A stretch of 64,000 nucleotides of DNA from the NCBI GenBank assembly GCA_963723635.1, contig CAVRRP010000017.1, positions 11,356-75,355 of the forward strand, read 5' to 3'. How positions within the stretch are numbered: position 1 is the stretch's first letter; each line of letters starts with the position of its first letter. Under the pieces are notes generated by a model, which worked only from the letters and a program-made list of their open reading frames with translations, ran no database searches and was not told the DNA's origin. Made by a program: the position numbers and the translations under genes. The stretch comes from Vulcanimicrobiota bacterium (GTDB lineage Bacteria > Vulcanimicrobiota > Vulcanimicrobiia > Vulcanimicrobiales > Vulcanimicrobiaceae). Shown piece by piece: positions 37,911 through 48,406 of this stretch.

Positions 37911-38710
37911 CCGGCGCTCGCGCCTTGAGGCACGCGCCGCTCGACCAGCAGCGGCTGGCTGCCCACGCCGATGTATCCGTCGGCATCCGCGAGACGCGAG
38001 CTCGTCACGCCGAGACCGTCGGTGCTCAGCGTCGTGCGCGCTTCGAGCAGCGTCCACTCGCCGCGCGGATGACGTTCCAGCGCGAGCGACAGCGACGGCG
38101 GAACGAACAGCCACTCGCCCATCGCCAGCTCGCCGCTGATCCCATTCGCCGAATCGGCGACGACGATCACGCGATCGAACGGCTGCGGCGCGGAGTCCGC
38201 GACCAGCGGCACGCGCGGTCGCGTCCACACCGAGGCCGGACCCGGCGCGCCGCCGCCGTAGACGTACCGCCACTCGAACGCATCGCCGTACCCGAAGCTG
38301 CTCAACCACGCCGGCGGCGGCTTTTCGTCCGGCAGCGGCGGCACGGCATCCGGCGGCGTCGCCGCAGCCGGCACGCTGTCGGCTGGCTGCGTCGCGATGC
38401 GCCATGCGCGGGCCGTCAGCACCTCGCGGCCGCCGCTTTCGACGACCGCTTCGAGCAGTTCGATGCGCCGGCCGGGCCGCGCGACGCGCGTGCGCACGCT
38501 CATCGGCGCGCGTGGCAGCGGCCCGAGAAACTCCGCGGTGATGCGCGCGAGCCGCATGTCGTCGCGCGGATGGCGCTCGTTCATGACGTGCGCCAGCAGC
38601 GCGGTCGGCGGGCCGCCGTGCTGCAGGCGTTCGTCCCACGGGCTCGTGGTCGCGCGGCTCGGCGCGAACGTGTCATCGTCGAGGCGCTCGTAGAATGCCG
38701 TCGGGTTCAT
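37907..38710 (-). CDS. Thioesterase family (double hotdog) protein
   Basis: SPWDERLQHGGPPTALL, RPGRRIEL, VADSANG. Confidence 0.88.
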   Translation of the reverse strand: MNPTAFYERLDDDTFAPSRATTSPWDERLQHGGPPTALLAHVMNERHPRDDMRLARITAEFLGPLPRAPMSVRTRVARPGRRIELLEAVVESGGREVLTARAWRIATQPADSVPAAATPPDAVPPLPDEKPPPAWLSSFGYGDAFEWRYVYGGGAPGPASVWTRPRVPLVADSAPQPFDRVIVVADSANGISGELAMGEWLFVPPSLSLALERHPRGEWTLLEARTTLSTDGLGVTSSRLADADGYIGVGSQPLLVERRVPQGASAG

Positions 38711-38808
38711 CCTCGCCTGCTTACCCACCCGTGCCGCGACTTGTACAAAACTGCCAGGGTTGTGCCGCCCTCACCGATTTTTCACAGCTCTGGACTACGA
38801 TCGTTCCG

Positions 38809-39256
38809 ATGCGCCCGATCAGCTTGCGCCGGCGCGCGCCCCGCGATCCGCGCGCGCGGCTCGGCGGCCTCACGTTTCTTCCGCGCACCATCGACAAAGC
38901 GCGCGCCGTGCTGCCCGGCGGCGATCTCGGCGACTACCACCTCATGGGCGTGACCGCGGCGCTGCTCGACGAAGCCGGTTTGACGCAAGGCGAGTTCGTC
39001 GAGATCGTGCACCGCGCCGCCGACGAGGTCGCGGCTGCGAATGCGGTCGCCGAGAGAATCGCACCGGAACGGCGAGCGCGCTGGAACGAAGCGCTCAAGG
39101 TTCTGCGCGTCGCGGATCTCGCGCCCACGGAACGCGAACGGTTCATGCGCCTGCACGATGCGCGCGGCGACGATCTCGTCGTCGACGTGCTCGTCGCCGA
39201 CGACCGGCGCGCGTTCCCGCCCGGCCGCGTGCAGGCGTTGCGCGCGCCGCGGCTAG
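38809..39256 (+). CDS. DUF5069-like protein (3' end uncertain)
   Basis: PRDPRARLGGLTFLPRTIDKARA...LGDY; as given the frame runs to 39507 into argD, so a frameshift before TAG 39254-39256 is suspected. Confidence 0.65.
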
Positions 39257-40470
39257 GCGTGCACCGTCGCGGCGATGACGGCGCGCAACCGAACGGCGCC
39301 GTCGCGCACCTCGTCCGCCGAGATGACGAGCGGCGGGACGAAGCGCAGCGTGTTGCGCCCGGCTGCGTTGATGAACAGGCCGTGGTCGAGCCCGCGCGCG
39401 ACGAAGTCGGCAGCCGCGTACCCGTCGCGCACCGGCAGCCCGAGCATGAGACCGAGGCCGCGCGGCTGATCGAAGACCTCCGGGTGCTCGGCCGCTATCG
39501 CTACTAGCTCGTCACGCAGCAGCGCGCCGACGGTCGTGACGTGCGCGTCGAGGTCGAGCACGTCGCGGATCGCGAGGTGCTCCAGCGCCGCCGCCGCGGG
39601 AACGGGAGAGCCGCCGAACGTCGTGCCGTGATCGCCCGGTTTCAGGGATGTCGCCGCGTCGCCGCGCACCAGCAGTGCGCCGATCGGCAACCCGTTCGCG
39701 AGCGACTTCGCGAGCGTGAACGCGTCGGGCGTCACGCCGTACGCCTGATGCGCAAAGAGCCGGCCGATGCGCCCCATCCCGCACTGCACTTCATCGAAGA
39801 TTAGCAGCGCACCGCGCTCGTCGCACAGCCGCCGCGCCGCTTCGAGATACTCGCGCGTCGCGGGAACGACGCCGCTCTCGCCCTGCACGGGTTCGACGAG
39901 AAAGCACGCAGTGGTGTCGTCGATCGCGGCATCGAGCGCGCCGACGTCGTTGAAAGGAACGTGCGCGAAGCCGAGCGGCAGCGGTCCGAAGCCTTCGTGA
40001 TACGCCGGATTGTCGGTCGCGGCGAGCGCGCCCAGCGTGCGTCCGTGGAACGACCCGTTTGCCGCGAGGATGACGTTGCGCTGCTTCTCACCCCGGCGCC
40101 AGGCATGCTTGCGCGCAAGCTTGATCGCGGCTTCGTTGGCCTCGGCACCGCTGTTGCAGAAGAAGACGGCGTCGAAGCCGCTCAGCTCGGCAAGCCGGTC
40201 CGCGAGCGTACCAGCGGGCTCGTGATGCACGAGATTGCTGACGTGCACGAGCGTCGCCGCCTGCTCTGCAATGGCGCGCGCGATGCGCGGATGCGCATGC
40301 CCGAGCGCACACACCGCAATCCCCGCCACCATGTCGAGATAGGCGTTCCCAGACTCATCGAACAGCCAGCACCCTTCGCCGCGAACGATGTTGATTTCGA
40401 GCCGCCCATAATTCGCCATGAGATGCGGATGCCGCGTCACCAAACGCGCCCCACGCGAGATGTGAATCAT
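39253..40470 (-). CDS. argD: Acetylornithine aminotransferase
   Basis: FCNSGAEANEAAIK, SFHGRT, DEVQCGMGR, AKSLANG, HGTTFGG; arg operon context. Confidence 0.93.
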   Translation of the reverse strand: MIHISRGARLVTRHPHLMANYGRLEINIVRGEGCWLFDESGNAYLDMVAGIAVCALGHAHPRIARAIAEQAATLVHVSNLVHHEPAGTLADRLAELSGFDAVFFCNSGAEANEAAIKLARKHAWRRGEKQRNVILAANGSFHGRTLGALAATDNPAYHEGFGPLPLGFAHVPFNDVGALDAAIDDTTACFLVEPVQGESGVVPATREYLEAARRLCDERGALLIFDEVQCGMGRIGRLFAHQAYGVTPDAFTLAKSLANGLPIGALLVRGDAATSLKPGDHGTTFGGSPVPAAAALEHLAIRDVLDLDAHVTTVGALLRDELVAIAAEHPEVFDQPRGLGLMLGLPVRDGYAAADFVARGLDHGLFINAAGRNTLRFVPPLVISADEVRDGAVRLRAVIAATVHA

Positions 40471-40495
40471 ACGAACGTTCCTTGCCCAGTGTCAC

Positions 40496-40626
40496 TGTCA
40501 CCCTGAGCTTGTCGAAGGGTGAGCCACGATGGTGCCACATTGTCACATCGTGCCCCATTGTCACCCTGAGCTTGTCGAAGGGTGAGCCACGATCGTGGCG
40601 CATGCTTCGACACGCTCAGCATGACA
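40496..40626. repeat. Cluster of three REP-like repeats (two direct, one inverted variant)
   Basis: 35-bp direct repeats at 40496-40530 and 40559-40593; inverted variant at 40601-40626 (rc TGTCATGCTGAGCGTGTCGAAGCATG). Confidence 0.9.
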
Positions 40627-40639
40627 TCAATGTAGGTTG

Positions 40640-41927
40640 TCACGTCCGGTAGTGGGCGTTGATGCGGACGTAGTCGCCGGTGAGGTCGCAGCCCCACGCG
40701 GTTGCCGTTGCTTCGCCCATGCCGAGGTCCAGGCGCACCTCGACGTTGTGCTCTTCGAGGACGTGGTGTGCTTCGGCTTCACTCATCGCTTCGATCGCGC
40801 CGCGTTCTACCCAGGTGTGGCCGCCGAGGTAGAGCGACCATGATTCCGCGTCCATGCCCGTGCCGGCCGAGCCCGCCGCCGCGATCATGCGGCCCCAGTT
40901 CGGGTCCTCGCCGTAGAGCGCGGTCTTCACGAGGCTGGAGTTGATCACCGCGCGGCCGATCGTGCGCGCTTGCTGCGTGTCGCGCGCGCCGGTAACGGTG
41001 AACGTCAGCGTCTTCGTCGCGCCTTCGCCGTCCTTCACCATGCCGACCGCGAGATCGCGGCACACGGCCGTCAGCGCCGCGCGCAATCCGGGCGTCGCGT
41101 CGCCGTCGCCCGGCTTCGCGCAGCAGTAGACCGCGTCGTTGGTCGACATGTCGCCGTCGACCGAGATCATGTTGAACGTGCCGTCGGCGGCTTCGCGCAG
41201 CGCGTCGGTCAGCGAGGCGCGCGACACCGCTGCGTCGGTCACCAAGAACGCGAGCATCGTCGCCATGTTGGGGGCGATCATTCCCGAGCCTTTGGCGATC
41301 CCGCCGATGACGTGGCGCTCGCCGTTCTCATGCCATGCGTACGCCGCGAGCTTCGGCACGTGATCCGTCGTCATGATCGCTTCGGCCGCCGCGTACGACG
41401 CCTCCGGGCCTTCGGAAAGCTGCTTGCGCGCGCGGTCGAGCCCTTTCGCGAGCCGGTCCATCGGCAGCGTCACGCCGATGACGCCGGTCGACGCGACAAC
41501 GACTTGCGTCGCGCGCACGCCCAGTAGCGTCGCGGTGTGGCGCGCGGTATTCTCCGCGTCGCGCAAGCCGCGCTCGCCGGTGCACGCGTTCGCGCAGCCG
41601 GAGTTGCAGACGATCGCCGCGATCGACGTCGCCGTCAACGTCGAGGTGCGCGTTCGTCGCGAGCAGCGGCGCCGCTTTGATCTCGTTGGTCGTGATCACC
41701 TGCGCGCACACGTGCGGACCCGGCAGCGCGATCAGCGCGAGGTCGGATTTGCGCTTCTTGATGCCGGCGTGCACGCCGGACATCAGGACGCCCGGAACGG
41801 CGCCAAGTCCGCCGCGCACTTGGATGAGGCGCACCGACTCGCCGTTGGGTGGCGCACCCTTCGACAAGCTCAAGGTGACATTGGGCGAGGTGGCATCCTT
41901 GTGCGCGGTGACATTGGGCGTGGTCAT
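40640..41927 (-). CDS. argJ: Ornithine acetyltransferase ArgJ (frameshift near 41635)
   Basis: HAGIKKRKSDLAL in one frame; NSGCANACTG, KGSGMIAPNMATML, VDGDMSTND, DGEGATK in the next. Confidence 0.9.
41855..41880 (-). repeat. REP-like repeat within the 5' end of argJ
   Basis: rc TGTCACCTTGAGCTTGTCGAAGGGTG, translated VTLSLSKG. Confidence 0.88.
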
Positions 41928-41928
41928 G

Positions 41929-42909
41929 TCAGCCGACGGTTGTGCGGGCATGGAGACCGTGTTCCTCCGGGAGTCCGAGTGCGATGTTCATGTTCTGGAC
42001 GGCTTGGCCCGCGGCGCCTTTGCCGAGGTTGTCGATCGCGCTGAGTACGTGCACCACGCCGTCGCGCTCGGCAACCGCAAGGTGCGCGTCGTTCGTTCCT
42101 TCCAGCGCCGGAAGATGCGGCGCGCGCAGGTCGCGGAACACCGTCACGAACGGGTTCGCCGCGTAGAAGCGCGCGTACAGCGCGAGCACCTCGTCGCGCG
42201 AGATCGGCGCGCGCGGGATCAGGTAGACGTCGGCCAGGATGCCGCGTCGCAGCGGCACGACGTGCGGCGAGAACACGATCGGCGCGGTGATGCCCGCGTC
42301 GCGCGCTTCCTGCACGATCTCGGCGCCGTGCCGGTGACCGCCGAGGCCGTACGCGCGCACGTCGCCGTCGACTTCCGCGAACAGCGACGGCACCGACGGC
42401 GTGCGCCCCGCGCCGGTGATCCCGCTCTTCGCGTCGATCACCACGTGCGTGATGCGTTCCGCGAGCGGTGCGAGCGGCACGAGCGCGAGCAGCGACGCCG
42501 TCACGTAGCAGCCCGGGTTCGCGATCAGCCGCGCGGTCGCGATGCTATCGCGGTAAAGCTCCGGAAAGCCGTACACCGCTTCGCCCGCGTTCGCGTGCAG
42601 CCGGAACGCGTCGGACAGATCGATCACGCGCGCGCCTTTGGCGAGAAACGCCGGCGTCTGCTCGCGCGCGAGGTCGTGGCCGCCGGCGAGGAACACGACG
42701 TCGTCTTCGCGCACGCGCGCCAGCGCGCTGCCGGTCGCTTCGAGCTCGACGTGCACGTGCGGCAGCCACGGAAACACGTCCGCCACGGGCGTTCCGGGCT
42801 GCGAGCGGCTTTCCAGCACGCCCAGCGCGACGGCGGGATGGCGGTCGATGAGGCGGATGAGCTCGGCCGCGGCATAGCCGCTGGCGCCGACGACGTGCGC
42901 GGTGATCAT
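41929..42909 (-). CDS. argC: N-acetyl-gamma-glutamyl-phosphate reductase
   Basis: VGASGY, IDLSDAFRL, IANPGCY, DAKSGITGAG, DNLGKGAAGQAVQNMN. Confidence 0.96.
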   Translation of the reverse strand: MITAHVVGASGYAAAELIRLIDRHPAVALGVLESRSQPGTPVADVFPWLPHVHVELEATGSALARVREDDVVFLAGGHDLAREQTPAFLAKGARVIDLSDAFRLHANAGEAVYGFPELYRDSIATARLIANPGCYVTASLLALVPLAPLAERITHVVIDAKSGITGAGRTPSVPSLFAEVDGDVRAYGLGGHRHGAEIVQEARDAGITAPIVFSPHVVPLRRGILADVYLIPRAPISRDEVLALYARFYAANPFVTVFRDLRAPHLPALEGTNDAHLAVAERDGVVHVLSAIDNLGKGAAGQAVQNMNIALGLPEEHGLHARTTVG

Positions 42910-44333
42910 TGCAACGACTCCGACAACACAGCGATCGCATCGCGGGTCGCAGCGATCGACGCTCCGACCGCATCCGGATGCGTCGACCCCGCCGTACGCT
43001 TCCCGGCCACCGAGCCGAGCGCGTCGATCGGTGCGTCCGGCACGCCGAGCGCCTCCGCATCGCTGCGGTCGAGCGCGCGGCCGCGCTCTTCGGCGAACAG
43101 CACGCGCTCGCCGACCGCGCGATGCGCCTCACGCGCCGTCGCGCCGGCGCGGATCACCGCGTCGGCGAGATCGGTCGCGACGGTATATCCGTCCGCCGCG
43201 CGCGCGCTCATCGCGGCGTCGTTGAAGTGCACGTGCGCGAACGCGCGGCGGAACGCGTCGAGCGCCGCGAGCGCGGCCTCGGTGCCGGCGATCGCCTGCG
43301 CTTTGGTTTCCTGGAGATCGCGATGATACGAGAGCGCGATCCCGTTGGTCGATGCGAGCGCGCCCGCGAACACGCCGATCGCGCGCGCGCCGGCGGCGCG
43401 CACCAGCTCGAACGGATCGGGATTGCGTTTTTGCGGCATGAGACTCGAACCGGTGGACGCCGCGTCGTCGAGGCGCACGTAGCCGAACGCCGGCGTCGCC
43501 CAGATGACGAGCTCCTCGCTCGGGCGCGACGCCGCAACCACGGCACGCATCGCGGCGTGCAGCAGATCGAGCACGACGTCGCGGTCGCCGACGGCGTCGA
43601 GCGCGTTGCGGGCCGGTGCGCCGAACCCGAGCTCGCGCGCCGCCGCGTCGCGGTCGAGCGGCAGCGACGAACCCGCCAATGCCGCGCTGCCGAGCGGGCA
43701 GAACCGCGCGGCGTCGCTCGCGACGCGCGCGAACCGTTCCGCCGCGCGCACGAACGCCTGCGCCGCGGCGTCGAGCCAGAACGCGAGCAGCACCGGCTGC
43801 GCGGGCTGCCAGTGCGTCGTGGCGGCGAGCAGCGTGCCCCGTTCGAGCGCCGCGGCAGCCTGCACTTCGATCGACGCCGCGATGTCGAGTGCGAGCTCCG
43901 CGCCCTGCCGCGCGCGGTCGCGCGCGTACAGCAGCAGCGTCGTCGCGACTTGATCGTTGCGCGAGCGCCCGGCGTGGAGTCGTTCGCCGGCGGCTCCGGC
44001 ATATTCGCGCACGCGCGCGTCGATCGCGCCGTGCACGTCCTCGAAAGCTTGCGCCGTCGCCCACGCGGCGAACGAGCCGTCGTCGATCTCGCCGGCAACG
44101 CGATCGAGCGCGCCACGCAACGCCGCCGCATCCTCCGCACCGACGATTCCGCCGGATTCGAGCGCCGTGACGTGCGCGCGCGAACAGCGCACGTCGAACG
44201 GCGCGAGCACCAAATCGTCCGCGAGCGACGAACCGAACGCGAGCAGCGCCGCATCCGGCGCCGACGCGAAGCGCCCGCCCCACTGCAGCCCCTTCGCCTC
44301 CCCCGGATCGCCGTTCATCTGCGACATCGTCAC
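42906..44333 (-). CDS. argH: Argininosuccinate lyase
   Basis: WGGRF, EDVH, LHAGRSRNDQV, GSSLMPQKRNPD, YHRDLQE. Confidence 0.95.
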   Translation of the reverse strand: MTMSQMNGDPGEAKGLQWGGRFASAPDAALLAFGSSLADDLVLAPFDVRCSRAHVTALESGGIVGAEDAAALRGALDRVAGEIDDGSFAAWATAQAFEDVHGAIDARVREYAGAAGERLHAGRSRNDQVATTLLLYARDRARQGAELALDIAASIEVQAAAALERGTLLAATTHWQPAQPVLLAFWLDAAAQAFVRAAERFARVASDAARFCPLGSAALAGSSLPLDRDAAARELGFGAPARNALDAVGDRDVVLDLLHAAMRAVVAASRPSEELVIWATPAFGYVRLDDAASTGSSLMPQKRNPDPFELVRAAGARAIGVFAGALASTNGIALSYHRDLQETKAQAIAGTEAALAALDAFRRAFAHVHFNDAAMSARAADGYTVATDLADAVIRAGATAREAHRAVGERVLFAEERGRALDRSDAEALGVPDAPIDALGSVAGKRTAGSTHPDAVGASIAATRDAIAVLSESLQ

Positions 44334-44821
44334 GCGCTCAAGCTCATCACGCCGGTCGCATCGTCGACGAAACCCAGCCGCGTGTACAGCGAACGCGCTC
44401 CCGGCGACGGCCGCAAGAACGTCCGCCGCGCGCCGGACGTGCGCACGGTCTCGACGACCGCCGCGACGAGCCGCGAGGCGTGTCCGGCACCGCGGTACGC
44501 GGGCTCGACGTACACGCCGGACAGCTCCGCGTGCAGCGTGCCGTCGGGATACGGCAGCCGGTCGAAATACACCGCGCACGCCGAGCCGACCACGACGTCG
44601 CCCGCGCACGCGAGCCACGCGACGAGCCGCTGCTCGCGGAACAGCCGCGCGGTATCCGCGGTCGCGCGCTGGACGAACGCATCGCGTTCGGCTTCGGCGA
44701 GATAGCCCTGTTCGGCGAGGCTCGCGGCGCGCAGCCGCGCCAGATGCGCCGCATCCGCCGGGCCGGCCGGTCGTACAAAGAAAAAGCGCGCCGTGTCAGG
44801 CGCGCCCGTCGTCCGTTCCAT
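44330..44821 (-). CDS. GNAT family N-acetyltransferase
   Basis: VYVEPAYRGAGHA motif A, LYTRLGF. Confidence 0.88.
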   Translation of the reverse strand: MERTTGAPDTARFFFVRPAGPADAAHLARLRAASLAEQGYLAEAERDAFVQRATADTARLFREQRLVAWLACAGDVVVGSACAVYFDRLPYPDGTLHAELSGVYVEPAYRGAGHASRLVAAVVETVRTSGARRTFLRPSPGARSLYTRLGFVDDATGVMSLSA

Positions 44822-44948
44822 CGCTTCGTCTACTGCAAGGAGACGAAGCCCGGTACGGATCGTACGGGCGCGTCGGTAGGCGGTCGGCGCAGCGAAATGC
44901 TCACAGGGGAACAGTCATACATCGTTTTGGCCACGTTCGTCAAGTCGT

Positions 44949-46230
44949 TCATGCGATTTGCGGAGTCGCGCGCTCCGCCGCCTCGGCCGCCTTCGCCGCG
45001 CCGGCGGCGACGGGCAGCCCGTGGATCTGGATGAACCCGCCGGCCGCATCGTGCCGGAAGGTGTCGCCGGCGCCGTAGGTCGCCAGCGACTCGTCGTACA
45101 GCGCGAACGGCGAACGCGACCCGGTGACGACCGCGCGCCCGCGGATCAGCTTCACCCGCACGTCGCCGGTCATGCGCTCCGCGAGCTTGGCGTTGAACGC
45201 GTCGAGCGCGAGCCGCAGCGGCGCCGACCACTGCGCGTCGTAGATCAGCTCGGCATACTTCTGGTCGAGCGCGGCCTTGAGCCGCAGCTCGTCGCGCGTG
45301 AGCACGAGCCGCTCGAGCGCCTTGTGCGCCTCGATCAGCGTGACGCTGCCGGGACACTCGTACACCTCACGCGACTTCAACCCGACGACACGATCCTCGA
45401 TCATGTCGATCCGCCCAACGCCGTTCGCGCCCGGCAATCTTGTTCAACTCGAACACCATCTCGGCGCCGAGCTCACCGTGCCCATGCCACGTGCCACCGC
45501 CGACCCGATTGTCACCCTGAGCTTGTCGAAGGGTGGGCCACCCATGTTTGAACGAGATCACCACCTCGGCCCCATTCGCGGGCGCAGTCTCCGGCGCGAC
45601 GGACCACGCATACGCATCATCGGGCGGCGCGTTCCAGGGGTTCTCCAGCACGCCGGCTTCGATGGAACGCCCCCAGAGGTTCGCATCGACCGAATACGGC
45701 TTCGCCGCGGTGTGCGCAATCGGCACGCCGTGCGCCTGCGCGTACGCGATCGCATCGGGCCGCGAGAGCGGCTTGTCGCGCAGCGGCGCGAGCGTCTTGA
45801 GATGCGGCGCCTTCGCGCGCACGCCGACCTCGATGCGAACTTGATCGTTGCCCTTGCCGGTGCACCCGTGCGCGACCGCATCGGCACCGTACTCGGCCGC
45901 GGTCTCGACGAGCAGATCGGCGATGAGCGGCCGCGACAGCGCCGCGCTGAGCGGATACACGCCTTGATACAGCGCGTTCGCCGCGAGCGCCGGATACGCA
46001 TAGTCGCTGATGAACCGCTCGCGCGCATCGATCAGCACCGCATCGACGGCGCCCAGCTTGAGCGCCTTCTGCCGAACCGCGTCGAGCGCGTCCTGCGAAC
46101 CGTCGCCGGCCACCATGTCGGACTCGCCGAGGTTCGCCGTCATCGCGACGACCTGATGCCCGGCATCGACGAACTGCTTGAGCAGCACCGACGTGTCGAG
46201 CCCGCCGGAATAGGCAAGGACGATCTTCAT
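44949..46230 (-). CDS. argG: Argininosuccinate synthase (frameshift near 45430, in-frame REP insertion)
   Basis: LAYSGGLDTS, HGCTGKGNDQVR, YSVDANLWG, then GVGRIDMIEDRVVGLKSREVYE in a shifted frame (extra G in GGG). Confidence 0.93.
45510..45535 (+). repeat. REP-like repeat inside the argG coding sequence
   Basis: Exact TGTCACCCTGAGCTTGTCGAAGGGTG, read as PTLRQAQGDN on the coding strand. Confidence 0.92.
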
Positions 46231-46234
46231 CGAA

Positions 46235-46737
46235 TCAGCCGCCGTCCGCCGGGCGCATGTCTTCGAACCGCTGCTTGATCATCGGCGTCTTCTCCGGCGA
46301 CTCGACGATCACGAGCACGGTGTCGTCGCCGCCGATCGTGCCGAGGATCTCCGGCCAGTCGGCGCCGTCGAGCGCCGCCGCGAGCATCATCGCCGTGCCG
46401 GGATGCGTGCGCAGCACGATCTGGTTCACGCTGGAGCGCACCTGGATCACGACTTCGGACACCACGCGGTGCAGCCGCGACGAGAACGCCGGCCCGACGT
46501 TCGGCTCGATGTACTTGAACGCGCCGCCGTGCCCGCCTTTGAGCGCGACTTTGAGCAAGCCGAGCTCCTTGATGTCGCGCGAGACGGTCGCCTGCGTGAC
46601 CTCGTAGCCTTGCTGCTCGAGCAGCGCGGCGAGCTCGTCCTGCGAGTGGATCGGCCGCGCCGCGATGAGCGAGAGGATCGCGCGCTGGCGCTTGGTCTTG
46701 GGTTGTTGGTGAAGCGTGTCGTTCAGTTCCTGATCAT
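46235..46737 (-). CDS. argR: Arginine repressor (start anomalous)
   Basis: KRQRAILSLI...SQDELAALLEQQGYEVTQATVSRDIKELG...GTIGGDDT; the ATG overlapping the argF stop is out of frame by 1 nt, or the start is CTG. Confidence 0.9.
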
Positions 46738-47703
46738 TCGGTGAGCCCGCGGAGGTCGGTGAGGAGGGCGAGGAGCAGCGCTTTCTGCGCGTGCAGCCGG
46801 TTCTCGGCTTGGTCGAACACGATGCTGCGCGGCCCGTCGATCACCTCGGTGGTGACCTCTTCGCCGCGGTGCGCCGGCAGACAGTGCATGAACAGCACGT
46901 GCTTCGCGGCGTTGCCGAGCAGCTCGCCGTTGACCTGATACGGCCGCAGCGCGGCGAGGTTGCGCTCGACGAACTGCTCGTCGCCCATCGACGTCCAGAC
47001 GTCGGTATACACGACGTCGACGTCGCGCACCGCGCGCACCGGCGAGGTGAACGCGCGCGCGGTGACACCGTGCTCGGCGCCGAGCTTGACGAGCCGCGAA
47101 AGAAACGCATCCGGCGGCCGGTGCGTCGGCGGCGCGGCAAAGGTGATCGACATGCCCGACATCGCCGCGGCTTCGGCGAGCGACACGGCGACGTTGTTGC
47201 GCGCGTCGCCGACGAACGCAAGCCGCAGCCCCTGCAGCGTCCCGAACCGCTCGCGAATCGTCAGCAGATCGGCAAAGGCCTGACACGGGTGCGCGGCCTC
47301 GGAAAGCGCGTTGATCGTCGGCACGGTCGCGGAGCTCGCGAACCGCACGAGCGGCGCGTGCGCATGCGTGCGGTACACGATCGCATCGCCGTACCGCGAG
47401 AGCACGCGCGCGGCGTCCTCGGGCGTCTCACGCGACCCGATCCCGACGTCGCTGCCGTTCACCGCGATGGCATGGCCGCCGAGCTGCGTCATCCCGGCTT
47501 CAAAGGAAACCCGCGTCCGCAGCGACGGCTGCTCGAAAAGCATGACGAGCGTCTTGCCGCGCAGCAGCGCTCATCTGCTCGCGCCCGCGAGCCTTGAGCG
47601 TCAGAGCAAGCGAGAGAAGGCTAGCAAGCTCGTCCGCCCCGAGATCGGTAACGGAGAGAACATTCCGCCCACGCAAGCGAGCCGCCGCCGGCAAAGTGAC
47701 CAT
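46734..47703 (-). CDS. argF: Ornithine carbamoyltransferase (frameshift near 47570)
   Basis: N-terminus LRGRNVLSVTDL in one frame; FEQPSLRTR, HPCQ, YTDVWTSMG, MHCLPAHRG, FDQAENR in the next. Confidence 0.93.
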
Positions 47704-47706
47704 GAC

Positions 47707-47741
47707 TCGCATAATTATACATAAACCGCATAATTATGCAA
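47707..47741 (-). promoter_or_regulatory. Tandem ARG boxes overlapping the arg operon promoter
   Basis: Minus strand TTGCATAATTATGCGG-ttt-ATGTATAATTATGCGA: two palindromic boxes containing TTGCAT-N16-TATAAT. Confidence 0.85.
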
Positions 47742-47799
47742 GAGAGTCAATAAATGAGGGCGGTTTGAATTCGGCGCTGGTGGCTGCTAAGCTTGCTGG

Positions 47800-48288
47800 A
47801 TGGACGTCGTCTATATGCTCGAACACTCCGAACCGGAAACGGAGAGCTCGTATGGGCACGAGTTCATAATCGGGCTATACAGCACTCGCGCGAGAGCCGA
47901 AGCAGCCATAGAGCGAAAGCGCGACCAGCCAGGATTCCGCACCCACATGGATGGCTTCGCGATTCACGAGACGCCGCTGGATATCGACCTTTGCTCTGAA
48001 GGCTACGATAGGGGCTGGTCTGACGGCTCCTCCAGCTCGGCGGAGAGTAAATCCCCGACGCCACGCTCACCTGTTAACGACGATTTCCGCTCGTGGTATC
48101 TCGCGCCAAACCTGAATAACCCGAACGGAAGATCTTCAGACGCCCGTTTATCGGCGATACGCAAGCTCGTTCGCTACAGCTGTGCTCGCCGCATACGAGC
48201 CGGCACAGTGGTACGTCGAGGGCGGCTGCGAGCGCCGGTAAGACGCGCTTGTCTACGAGTTTGCCCGACTCGAGGCGTTGCACCGTAG
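47800..48288 (+). CDS. Small hypothetical protein (only the first ~80 aa look genuine)
   Basis: VYMLEH...IIGLYSTRARAEAAIER..DQPGFR...GFAI pattern resembles small proteins found near polymorphic toxins; TGnTAAGCT-N6-ATG; the tail overlaps a convergent gene. Confidence 0.6.
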   Translation: MDVVYMLEHSEPETESSYGHEFIIGLYSTRARAEAAIERKRDQPGFRTHMDGFAIHETPLDIDLCSEGYDRGWSDGSSSSAESKSPTPRSPVNDDFRSWYLAPNLNNPNGRSSDARLSAIRKLVRYSCARRIRAGTVVRRGRLRAPVRRACLRVCPTRGVAP

Positions 48289-48406
48289 TCGCGAGGACGT
48301 TAGCTGTCTTCGCAAGGTCGTAGATGCTGTAACCACGTGCGATCCGGAGGCGGAAAATGCGCGCCGACAGCGGTTCTGTCGGCGGTCGCCGATGCTTCGA
48401 GGTCAT
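48074..48406 (-). CDS. XRE-family HTH regulator with Cys/His-rich tail
   Basis: RIFRLRIARGYSIYDLAKTANV...VQRLESG...LAAALDV then CRLVCGEHSCSERAC. Confidence 0.75.
   Translation of the reverse strand: MTSKHRRPPTEPLSARIFRLRIARGYSIYDLAKTANVLATTVQRLESGKLVDKRVLPALAAALDVPLCRLVCGEHSCSERACVSPINGRLKIFRSGYSGLARDTTSGNRR

Noticed and set aside
40496-40593. Two 35-bp direct repeats with a 28-bp spacer, resembling a mini CRISPR array
   Set aside because: The same sequence is dispersed in both orientations across the window, there are only two units, the spacer itself contains repeat fragments, and no cas genes are present; it is a REP cluster.
45367-47712. Programmed ribosomal frameshifting in arg genes
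   Set aside because: No slippery heptamers or consistent stimulatory structures at the breaks; an unrelated hydrolase nearby shows the same defect.
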